From UHGV virus genome UHGV-0125333: a DNA stretch of 24,351 nt; one strand, written 5' to 3'. The notes beneath the pieces are model-generated. The model had not been told where the DNA came from. It saw only the letters and a list, made by a program, of their open reading frames with translations, and did no database searches. Source of the stretch: a virus. Shown piece after piece: positions 16,563-24,301 of the stretch. Position numbers and translations under genes: made by a program. Positions within the stretch are counted from its first letter, which is position 1, and the number at the start of each line of letters is the position of its first letter.

Positions 16563-17522
16563 ATGATAAAAAAACCTGTGATTGGAATCAGCGGTTGTTT
16601 GGCCGGTTCTGCTGTTCGTTTTGATGGTGGTCACAAAAGAGCTGACTTTTTAATGGACAAATTAGTGGAATGGGTAACATTCAGACCAGTATGTCCGGAA
16701 ATGGCTATAGGGCTGCCAGTTCCGCGTCCTGCTCTACGTCTTGTGCGCTCGATGCAAGGAAATATACGGATGTGTTTCAGCCACGACCAGAATGAGGATG
16801 TGACAGAGAGAATGACAGAGTTTAGTCGTTCTTATATGGACAAATTAAAGGATGTATCGGGGTTTGTGGTTTGTGCTAAATCTCCCAGCTGTGGCATGGA
16901 GCGCGTGCGTGTCTATGATGAAAATGGTAATCGAGGTCGTAAAGATGGAGTGGGACTATTTACGAGCACTTTGATGGAAAAGTTTTCCTGGCTACCGGTT
17001 GAAGAGGATGGGCGATTACATGATCCAGTGCTTCGTGAGAATTTTGTTGAAAGAGTTTTTGCTTTGCATGAGCTCAATCACCTTTACAAGGAGAAATTAT
17101 CAAGAAGAGAGTTATTAGCTTTTCATAGTCGTTATAAGCTTCAGTTGTTGGCGCATAGTCAGGCAGGCTATAAAGATATGGGACCATTTGTGGCTGCAAT
17201 ACACGAGTGGGCGGACCTTGAATCATACTTTGAGGTGTATCGTGATAAGCTGATGGCGATTCTCAGAAAACCTGCATCACGTAAAAATCACACGAATGTG
17301 TTGATGCATATACAGGGGTATTTTAGTAACTACTTAAGTACACGCCAGCGTAAAGAGTTGAGCGAGGTTATACTTAACTATCGTTCTGGCACATTACCTC
17401 TTCTTGCGCCGTTGACTCTGCTGAAGCATTATCTGGGTGAGTATCCTAATGATTACTTGCTTACACAGAATTACTTCGATCCCTATCCGGACGAACTGGC
17501 TCTAAGACTGACGGTAAATTAA
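16563..17522 (+). CDS. DUF523-DUF1722 fusion protein (TudS-like Cys-rich N-terminal domain plus YbgA-like C-terminal domain)
   Basis: 319-aa ORF with strong RBS (AAGGGGGAGAAT). N-terminus MIKKPVIGISGCLAGSAVRFDGGHKR with further conserved Cys (PVCPEM, SPSCGMERV) as in the DUF523 family. Assigned from recall. Confidence 0.75.
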   Translation: MIKKPVIGISGCLAGSAVRFDGGHKRADFLMDKLVEWVTFRPVCPEMAIGLPVPRPALRLVRSMQGNIRMCFSHDQNEDVTERMTEFSRSYMDKLKDVSGFVVCAKSPSCGMERVRVYDENGNRGRKDGVGLFTSTLMEKFSWLPVEEDGRLHDPVLRENFVERVFALHELNHLYKEKLSRRELLAFHSRYKLQLLAHSQAGYKDMGPFVAAIHEWADLESYFEVYRDKLMAILRKPASRKNHTNVLMHIQGYFSNYLSTRQRKELSEVILNYRSGTLPLLAPLTLLKHYLGEYPNDYLLTQNYFDPYPDELALRLTVN

Positions 17523-17873
17523 TTGTATGCGATATCATCCAAAAGGATGAGTTCCTGCATGCAGGATATTTACAATCGTAAAAACTACACTATGATACCC
17601 AGAGTGTCAGTTTGTATAAAAACTCTGTTTACTCTGAAGAAACAATTGAGATGCAACTTAAAGTTGGTAAACATGCCAGTCAAAATATATAATATTATGA
17701 TTCCACGCAGCTATATATAATATAACAGATTGGTTTAATAATTTGTCTTTGTGAGTTAAATACATAATTTTATACTTGTGATGCAATGAAATTTTCCTTA
17801 TTGTTGAACTGGCGAATATTGATTTTCCACCTATACTTACCTGGTGTAACCCCAATGATATCAGGTGGATAAT

Positions 17874-18605
17874 ATGCCATACATATGTTCTATCATTTTG
17901 GTGTTGAACTCGTTTGATGTCCGAATTGGTAAAGAAGATATTTTGTTTAAAAAAGGAAGTGCTGTTCTCATTGATTACAATTTAAAAGATTTTTTTTCAT
18001 CAAATATAGATCATGTAATGATCGTAGATGTTGAAGAGAAAACAGTTAATGATTTCTTTAAAAGCAACACACTCTCACCTTTTTCTGTAAGAAGGTTTTA
18101 TCCGGCATACTTGATGGTGGAATGTGAAGATTTTTCATTGTTAAAGAACTTGATTGCATGCTTGAATTGTGATGGCAGAACTGTGGATTTTGTTAGAAAT
18201 CAAATATCACTTGCATGTCTTGCTATCTTATCTTCAGAGAAAATAGTGCAAAGTTTTTTATTTGGATGTCTTAATAGTTTAGGAAGTAAAGTTAAGGCTA
18301 TTATTCACACGGATATATCTGCAGCATGGAGACTTTGTGATATATCTTCAAGACTGTATCTGAGTGAAAGTCTGTTAAAAAGAAAATTAAAGCACGAAGG
18401 CTTATCATTTAGTAAGTTAATTCTTGAAGAGCGAATGGTGATGGCGGAAAGGTTATTAAGCTACAATTTATATTCTGTTGGAAAAGTTGCTGAGATATGC
18501 GGTTATGAAAACACGTCATATTTTGTAAGTGTTTTCAGAAGGTATTTTGGTGTTCCTCCCCATCAATATTCATCAAGATTTTTTTTAGAAAAAGACATGA
18601 TGTAA
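17874..18605 (+). CDS. AraC/XylS-family transcriptional regulator (AppY/EnvY-like)
   Basis: ATG at 17874 (track ORF starts at GTG 17865). C-terminal AraC-type HTH (VGKVAEICGYENTSYFVSVFRRYFGVPPHQY); N-terminus MPYICSIILVLNSF parallels AppY MDYVCSVVFICQSF. AT-rich gene with a long AT-rich upstream region. Confidence 0.85.
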   Translation: MPYICSIILVLNSFDVRIGKEDILFKKGSAVLIDYNLKDFFSSNIDHVMIVDVEEKTVNDFFKSNTLSPFSVRRFYPAYLMVECEDFSLLKNLIACLNCDGRTVDFVRNQISLACLAILSSEKIVQSFLFGCLNSLGSKVKAIIHTDISAAWRLCDISSRLYLSESLLKRKLKHEGLSFSKLILEERMVMAERLLSYNLYSVGKVAEICGYENTSYFVSVFRRYFGVPPHQYSSRFFLEKDMM

Positions 18606-18792
18606 CGTGATGCGTTTTAATGATTTTGTAATTTTCGTATTTGATAATTGTATGATGCTTTCAGCTACGCCAGAATAATCGCGGCGTTTTTCTTTTTGAA
18701 TAGATGTTCAAGCCTTACGCTAATGTAACTTCTATACCTTTCCTCTTCGTTCCGAACCGTGTACACCATCCGTTATTTGCGGAGGTGAGGCT

Positions 18793-19008
18793 ATGAAATC
18801 CATGGATAAGTTAACAACGGGTGTCGCCTATGGCACCTCAGCAGGTAGTGCCGGTTACTGGTTTTTACAGCTGCTCGATAAAGTCACGCCCTCACAGTGG
18901 GCAGCAATAGGTGTGCTGGGTAGCCTGGTATTTGGCCTGCTGACGTACCTGACAAACCTTTATTTCAAGATTAAAGAAGATAAGCGCAAGGCTGCGAGAG
19001 GTGAATAA
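18793..19008 (+). CDS. Class II holin (pinholin), phage-21 S / EssD type, with dual-start motif
   Basis: 71-aa [74 protein letters not shown]. Met1 and Met4 give antiholin/holin starts; strong RBS GGAGGTGAGG. Confidence 0.9.
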
Positions 19009-19505
19009 TGCCTCCATCATTACGAAAAGCCGTTGCTGCTGCTATTGGTGGCGGAGCAATTGCTATAGCATCAGTGTTAATCACTGGCCCAAGTGGTAAC
19101 GATGGTCTGGAAGGTGTCAGCTACATACCATACAAAGATATCGTTGGCGTATGGACTGTATGTCACGGGCATACAGGAAAAGACATCATTCCCGGTAAAA
19201 CGTATACCGAAGCAGAATGCAAAGCCCTCCTGAATAAAGACCTTGCCACGGTAGCCAGACAAATTAACCCGTACATCAAAGTCGATATACCGGAAACAAC
19301 GCGCGGCGCTCTTTACTCGTTCGTCTATAACGTGGGCGCAGGCAATTTCAGAACATCTACTCTTCTTCGCAAAATAAACCAGGGCGATATCAAGGGCGCA
19401 TGTGACCAGCTACGTCGCTGGGCATACGCTGGCGGTAAGCAATGGAAAGGCCTGATGACTCGTCGTGAGATTGAGCGTGAGGTCTGTTTGTGGGGGCAAC
19501 AATGA
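19008..19505 (+). CDS. SAR endolysin (lysozyme, phage-21 R type)
   Basis: 165-aa ORF with an N-terminal Gly/Ala-rich signal-anchor-release segment ([20 protein letters not shown]) and a lysozyme-like body; start overlaps the holin stop (TAATG). Confidence 0.9.
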   Translation: MPPSLRKAVAAAIGGGAIAIASVLITGPSGNDGLEGVSYIPYKDIVGVWTVCHGHTGKDIIPGKTYTEAECKALLNKDLATVARQINPYIKVDIPETTRGALYSFVYNVGAGNFRTSTLLRKINQGDIKGACDQLRRWAYAGGKQWKGLMTRREIEREVCLWGQQ

Positions 19506-19966
19506 GCAGGGTAACCGCGATTATCTCCGCTCTGGTTATCTGCATCGTCGTCTGCCTGTCATGGGGTGTTAATCATTACCGTGATAACGCCATCGCCTAC
19601 AAAGAACAGCGCGACAAAAATGCCAGAGAACTGAAGCTGGCGAACGCGGCAATTACTGACATGCAGATGCGTCAGCGTGATGTTGCTGCGCTCGATGCAA
19701 AATACACGAAGGAGTTAGCTGATGCGAAAGCTGAAAATGATGTTCTGCGTGATGATGTTGCCGCTGGTCGTCGTCGGTTGCACATCAAAGCAGTCTGTCA
19801 GTCAGTGCGTGAAGCCACCACCGCCTCCGGCGTGGATAATGCAGCCTCCCCCCGACTGGCAGACACCGCTGAACGGGATTATTTCACCCTCCGGGAACGA
19901 CTGGTAATGATGCAGGCCCAACTTGAAGGTGCTCAGCAATACATAACCGAGCAGTGTTTAAAGTAA
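19502..19966 (+). CDS. Rz i-spanin
   Basis: From the ATG at 19502: [60 protein letters not shown]..., matching lambda Rz; overlaps the endolysin stop. Confidence 0.9.
   Translation: MSRVTAIISALVICIVVCLSWGVNHYRDNAIAYKEQRDKNARELKLANAAITDMQMRQRDVAALDAKYTKELADAKAENDVLRDDVAAGRRRLHIKAVCQSVREATTASGVDNAASPRLADTAERDYFTLRERLVMMQAQLEGAQQYITEQCLK
19722..19907 (+). CDS. Rz1 o-spanin lipoprotein, embedded in Rz in the +1 frame
   Basis: ORF with lipobox LPLVVVGC and a proline-rich tail ([25 protein letters not shown]), matching lambda Rz1. Confidence 0.8.
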   Translation: MRKLKMMFCVMMLPLVVVGCTSKQSVSQCVKPPPPPAWIMQPPPDWQTPLNGIISPSGNDW

Positions 19967-20103
19967 AATCTTAACTACAATATGATTCATTTTGATGATT
20001 GTTTCATAAGGAACAGTGAAGTAAGATCTAAGAGGAGTTAAATTTTATACAGTATAATCATAATATTGCAGCAAGGTGGTTATAATTGAAAGAATATTTA
20101 GAT

Positions 20104-21561
20104 ATGAATACATCTCATGTAAGAGTTGTTACTCATATGTGTGGGTTCCTGGTTTGGCTCTATAGTCTTTCAATGTTGCCACCAATGGTTGTAGCATTGT
20201 TTTATAAAGAAAAAAGCCTGTTCGTTTTCTTTATAACTTTCGTTATATTTTTTTGCATTGGTGGCGGAGCGTGGTATACAACTAAGAAATCTGGCATTCA
20301 ATTACGTACCCGTGATGGGTTTATTATAATTGTAATGTTTTGGATTTTGTTTTCTGTTATTAGTGCATTCCCTTTATGGATTGACTCAGAACTTAATTTA
20401 ACGTTCATTGATGCTCTGTTTGAAGGGGTTTCTGGAATAACAACAACAGGAGCAACTGTAATTGATGATGTTAGTTCATTACCTCGGGCATATTTGTACT
20501 ATCGGTCACAGTTAAATTTTATAGGTGGTTTAGGAGTTATTGTTCTGGCGGTTGCTGTATTGCCATTATTGGGTATTGGTGGTGCAAAGCTTTATCAGTC
20601 AGAAATGCCGGGGCCATTTAAGGATGACAAACTCACTCCCCGCCTGGCCGATACGTCACGGACACTGTGGATAACTTATTCTTTATTAGGTATTGCTTGT
20701 ATTGTCTGTTATAGACTTGCAGGAATGCCTTTGTTTGATGCTATTTGTCACGGGATTTCCACAGTTTCGCTTGGTGGTTTCTCAACTCATAGCGAGAGTA
20801 TCGGATATTTTAATAACTATTTGGTTGAGCTGGTGGCTGGTTCTTTTTCCCTGCTATCGGCTTTCAACTTCACTCTTTGGTATATTGTTATTAGCAGGAA
20901 AACGATAAAACCTTTAATCAGAGATATTGAACTTCGTTTCTTTCTGTTAATAGCCTTAGGGGTGATCATTGTTACCTCTTTCCAGGTCTGGCATATAGGT
21001 ATGTATGACTTGCATGGAAGTTTTATTCATTCGTTTTTTCTTGCCAGCTCCATGCTCACTGATAATGGTTTAGCTACGCAGGATTATGCAAGTTGGCCCA
21101 CGCACACGATAGTGTTTTTGCTGTTGTCAAGTTTCTTTGGGGGATGTATAGGTTCAACTTGTGGTGGAATTAAGTCACTTCGATTTCTTATACTTTTCAA
21201 ACAAAGCAAACACGAGATAAATCAGCTTTCTCATCCCAGAGCGTTGTTGAGTGTAAATGTAGGAGGGAAGATAGTTACAGATCGTGTAATGAGGTCTGTA
21301 TGGAGTTTCTTTTTTCTTTATACTCTCTTCACGGTGTTTTTTATACTGGTGTTAAATGGTATGGGATATGATTTTCTTACATCATTTGCAACAGTGGCTG
21401 CATGTATTAATAATATGGGATTAGGTTTTGGGGCTACTGCATCGTCATTCGGAGTGCTTAATGACATTGCAAAATGTTTAATGTGCATAGCTATGATTCT
21501 TGGTCGCCTTGAAATTTATCCTGTTATTATATTGTTTTCAGGTTTTTTTTGGCGCTCCTAA
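20104..21561 (+). CDS. trkG: TrkG/TrkH-family K+ uptake membrane protein
   Basis: 485 aa from the ATG at 20104 (MNTSHVRVVTHMCGFLVWLYSLSMLPP...), multi-pass membrane protein matching Rac-prophage TrkG as recalled; AT-rich coding sequence. Confidence 0.88.
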   Translation: MNTSHVRVVTHMCGFLVWLYSLSMLPPMVVALFYKEKSLFVFFITFVIFFCIGGGAWYTTKKSGIQLRTRDGFIIIVMFWILFSVISAFPLWIDSELNLTFIDALFEGVSGITTTGATVIDDVSSLPRAYLYYRSQLNFIGGLGVIVLAVAVLPLLGIGGAKLYQSEMPGPFKDDKLTPRLADTSRTLWITYSLLGIACIVCYRLAGMPLFDAICHGISTVSLGGFSTHSESIGYFNNYLVELVAGSFSLLSAFNFTLWYIVISRKTIKPLIRDIELRFFLLIALGVIIVTSFQVWHIGMYDLHGSFIHSFFLASSMLTDNGLATQDYASWPTHTIVFLLLSSFFGGCIGSTCGGIKSLRFLILFKQSKHEINQLSHPRALLSVNVGGKIVTDRVMRSVWSFFFLYTLFTVFFILVLNGMGYDFLTSFATVAACINNMGLGFGATASSFGVLNDIAKCLMCIAMILGRLEIYPVIILFSGFFWRS

Positions 21562-21647
21562 TATATGGCTGATTTATAATTGTGAGTTTAATATTATGTT
21601 GACTCACTCATTGATCCAATACCTAACTTTACCAGCAACCCCTCCGT

Positions 21648-21680
21648 CCCCAGTAGCACTGGCTGCTGGGGTGCGTTTTA
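21648..21680 (+). terminator. Candidate terminator downstream of trkG
   Basis: Imperfect hairpin CCCCAGTAGCAC/TGGCTGCTGGGG followed by TGCGTTTTATT. Confidence 0.35.
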
Positions 21681-21698
21681 TTCATAAAGCAAGGCTGT

Positions 21699-22490
21699 AT
21701 GAGCGAGAAATTAAAGATAGTCTATCGCCCATTACAAGAATTGTCACCGTATGCGCACAACGCCAGGACGCACAGCCCTGAGCAGGTGGCACAACTGGTA
21801 GAAAGTATTAAGCAATTCGGCTGGACTAATCCGGTGCTGATTGACGAAAAGGGCGAAATTATTGCGGGTCACGGTCGTGTTATGGCGGCTGAAATGCTCA
21901 AAATGGATTCTGTTCCGGTCATTGTTCTGTCTGGCCTGACGGATGAGCAGAAAAAGGCGTACCGCCTGGCAGATAATCGCCTGCCGATGAATGCTGGCTG
22001 GGATGAAGATCTGTTGCGGATGGAGCTGTCGGACCTAATCAATGCTGATTTTGATGTCTCCCTGACAGGCTTCATCCCGACAGAAATTGATGAACTGTTG
22101 ACGGATGTTTTGCCCGGTACAGGAAATGAGGAGGAGCCGTATACGACGAAAATTGATACGCCTGTTTATGAGCCGTCGGGCGGTAAACCGGATATCAGTG
22201 AACTGTACGACGATACGAAAACTCAGGAGCTGATCAGCCGGATACGTTCGGCGTCCCTTGAGCCTGATATTGAGAAATTCCTCCTGTGTGCGGCAGAACG
22301 TCACACGGTGTTTAATTTCAGCAGAATTGCGGACTATTACGCTCACGCCCCCTCTGAAATTCAGTGTTTTTTCGAGGAGTCGGCGCTGGTGATCATTGAT
22401 TATCAGCAGGCTATTGAAAATGGATTTGTCCGGATGACGCAGCGCATGGTGGAGATCATGCATGGTGGTGAGGAGGAGGAATATGCGTGA
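21699..22490 (+). CDS. ParB N-terminal-domain (ParB/Srx-fold nuclease-like) protein
   Basis: 263-aa ORF with a ParB-box-like region (VLIDEKGEIIAGHGRVMAAEMLKMDSVPVIVL) and an acidic C-terminal tail. It sits where ynaK lies in Rac, downstream of trkG. Confidence 0.8.
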   Translation: MSEKLKIVYRPLQELSPYAHNARTHSPEQVAQLVESIKQFGWTNPVLIDEKGEIIAGHGRVMAAEMLKMDSVPVIVLSGLTDEQKKAYRLADNRLPMNAGWDEDLLRMELSDLINADFDVSLTGFIPTEIDELLTDVLPGTGNEEEPYTTKIDTPVYEPSGGKPDISELYDDTKTQELISRIRSASLEPDIEKFLLCAAERHTVFNFSRIADYYAHAPSEIQCFFEESALVIIDYQQAIENGFVRMTQRMVEIMHGGEEEEYA

Positions 22491-23415
22491 TGATTTTTGC
22501 GCCTTTATTCTGACTCACGGGCGACCGGACAAAGTTCTGACTTACCGGACGTTGCGTCGTGCTGGCTATACCGGGAAAATTTTTATCGTTGTTGATGATG
22601 AAGATAAGACACGGAATCAGTACATGGCTGAATTTGGTGAACAGGTGCTGGTGTTTTCCAAAGCCGATATCGCCAGTCGTTTTGACGAAGCCGATAATTT
22701 CTGTGACCGCCGCTCAATTTTTTACGCCCGTAATGCCTGTTTCGACCTGGCAAAACTGGTCGGGTGTAAATACTTCATTCAGCTCGATGATGATTATCAC
22801 GAGTTCCAGTTTCGGGTGGATCGCAACTATGACCAGGCCTATTTTCCGATAAGGAAACTGGATGCGATCCTTTCTGAAATGCTGGCGTACTACGAATCAA
22901 TACCTGCTCTTTCCATCGCTATGTCGCAGGGCGGGGATTTTCTTGGTGACAATGGCGGCCATGCTTCGTGGGTGAAACGCAAGGCAATGAACAGCTTTAT
23001 CTGTTCGGTTGATCGACCGTTCTCATTCATGGGGCGCATTAACGAGGATGTGAATACGTACACGAATCTCGGTCGCTGTGGTGAATTGTTTATGACGATC
23101 GGTGCTGTCCAGTTAGGGCAGAAACAGACGCAGAAAAACAGCGGCGGAATGACCGAGCTGTATCTGGATTCCGGAACCTACGTTAAAAGTTTTTACTCCG
23201 TCATGTATGCGCCGTCGTGCGTAAAAATCTCACTGATGGGTGCCAGCCATAAACGCATTCACCATCAGGTCACCTGGAACAACGCTGCAGTAAAAATCCT
23301 TCACGAAAAATACAGGAAGAAGACACCCTGCATATCAATGGGGGTGACAAATGATTCCGTATTCGAAAGTCGAGTCTCTGGCAGCGTGCCGGATGACTGC
23401 ACAACAAATCGCTGA
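22483..23415 (+). CDS. GT-A-fold glycosyltransferase-like protein (GT2-like signature), translationally coupled to the ParB-like gene
   Basis: ATG at 22483 overlaps the upstream stop by 8 nt. N-terminal FILTHGRPD ... IFIVVDDEDKT and the later ARNACFDLAKLVGCKYFIQLDDDYHEF block resemble the two nucleotide-sugar-binding motifs of GT-A enzymes. It sits where ydaY lies in Rac. Confidence 0.65.
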   Translation: MRDDFCAFILTHGRPDKVLTYRTLRRAGYTGKIFIVVDDEDKTRNQYMAEFGEQVLVFSKADIASRFDEADNFCDRRSIFYARNACFDLAKLVGCKYFIQLDDDYHEFQFRVDRNYDQAYFPIRKLDAILSEMLAYYESIPALSIAMSQGGDFLGDNGGHASWVKRKAMNSFICSVDRPFSFMGRINEDVNTYTNLGRCGELFMTIGAVQLGQKQTQKNSGGMTELYLDSGTYVKSFYSVMYAPSCVKISLMGASHKRIHHQVTWNNAAVKILHEKYRKKTPCISMGVTNDSVFESRVSGSVPDDCTTNR

Positions 23416-23602
23416 CGTTCTGGATGTTGATCTGAACCGACTGAAAGAAAATCGGGAAGCAATGACAGATTTTTATGCGGCCATCCGTAAGGGCAGAGCG
23501 AAAGGTGAAGCCGAGTTACGAGCGGCATTGTTTAAGCTTGCCAGAAAAGGGGATGCCTTTGCTCTGCGCGAACTACTCAGGGTGGATAAAAATCAGGACT
23601 AA
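23351..23602 (+). CDS. Small helical, possibly DNA-binding protein preceding the terminase small subunit
   Basis: 83-aa ORF overlapping the 3' end of the upstream gene by 65 nt (23 nt if the ATG at 23393 is used); ends 3 nt before the terminase small-subunit ATG. Validity and start are uncertain. Confidence 0.4.
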   Translation: MIPYSKVESLAACRMTAQQIADVLDVDLNRLKENREAMTDFYAAIRKGRAKGEAELRAALFKLARKGDAFALRELLRVDKNQD

Positions 23603-23605
23603 CTG

Positions 23606-24301
23606 ATGAGCAGACCGGACTGGGGGGCGTTGCAGCAGGAGTATATTGCTGAATACACCCGCTCCGGTATATCTCCGGTGGCATGGTGTGAAGCAAGGGG
23701 ACTGAATTACGCAACAGCCCGTCGTTACATCAAAAAAACTCCGAAAAATGCGCAGACAGAAATGTGCAAAACTGCGCAAAAAAGTGCGCAGAAAAAATCT
23801 GCGCAGACTGCACAAAAGCGGAACGAAAAATCTCAGGAAAAAAAGCCAGTATTCGATGCGGGCCTGAATGAGGGCGACGCGGAGGAATTTTCGTTCTGTC
23901 CCGATGAATTCGGCATTTCTGACCAGCAGGCTAAGTTTGCGATGCTTGTTGCTCAGGGTAAAAAGCCGACAGAGGCGTACCGACTAGCCGGTTATGAGGG
24001 GCAAGGTGCGACAGCTAACAGCAACGCCAGTCGTATGCTTAGAAATGCCAGGGTTTTTCGCGCTATCAGCTACTTCCGCAATCAGTACCAGAAACGCTAT
24101 ACCGCAGACCTGGATTTACTAGTGAGTCAGTTGATGGCTATTGCCCTGGCCGACCCCAATCAGCTTGCACAATTTCGCCGTGTTAACTGCCGTTATTGCT
24201 GGGGCGAGAATCATCTCTACCAGTGGCGCGATATAGCAGAATTCGACAAGGCAGCGGCGCAGGCTTCCAGAGATGGCAAACCCGAACCGGAATATGGATG
24301 A
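23606..24301 (+). CDS. Terminase small subunit (Terminase_2-like)
   Basis: 231-aa ORF; the segment QQAKFAMLVAQGKKPTEAYRLAGYEG ... NASRMLRNARVFRAISYF resembles small-terminase DNA-binding domains. It is the first gene of the packaging module. Confidence 0.7.
   Translation: MSRPDWGALQQEYIAEYTRSGISPVAWCEARGLNYATARRYIKKTPKNAQTEMCKTAQKSAQKKSAQTAQKRNEKSQEKKPVFDAGLNEGDAEEFSFCPDEFGISDQQAKFAMLVAQGKKPTEAYRLAGYEGQGATANSNASRMLRNARVFRAISYFRNQYQKRYTADLDLLVSQLMAIALADPNQLAQFRRVNCRYCWGENHLYQWRDIAEFDKAAAQASRDGKPEPEYG

Noticed and set aside
17523-17855. ORFs 17523..17720 (plus) and 17658..17855 (minus) in the AT-rich region upstream of the AraC gene
   Set aside because: Very AT-rich, low-complexity translations in an apparent promoter/silencing region; probably non-coding.
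15691-18792. tRNA genes or stx-like toxin genes in the Q-to-S interval
   Set aside because: I looked for them because Stx phages carry both here, but found no cloverleaf-like conserved tRNA sequence (GTTCGA T-loop with CCA-adjacent acceptor stems) and no AB5 toxin-like ORFs.
20693-20908. 71-aa plus-strand ORF inside trkG in another frame
   Set aside because: Internal alternative frame of a well-supported membrane protein gene.
21500-21781. 93-aa ORF spanning the trkG 3' end and the start of the ParB-like gene
   Set aside because: It overlaps two better-supported genes and the intergenic terminator-like hairpin.
22035-22463. 142-aa minus-strand ORF antisense to the ParB-like gene
   Set aside because: Arg-rich shadow frame with no start context; the ParB-like frame has clear domain features.
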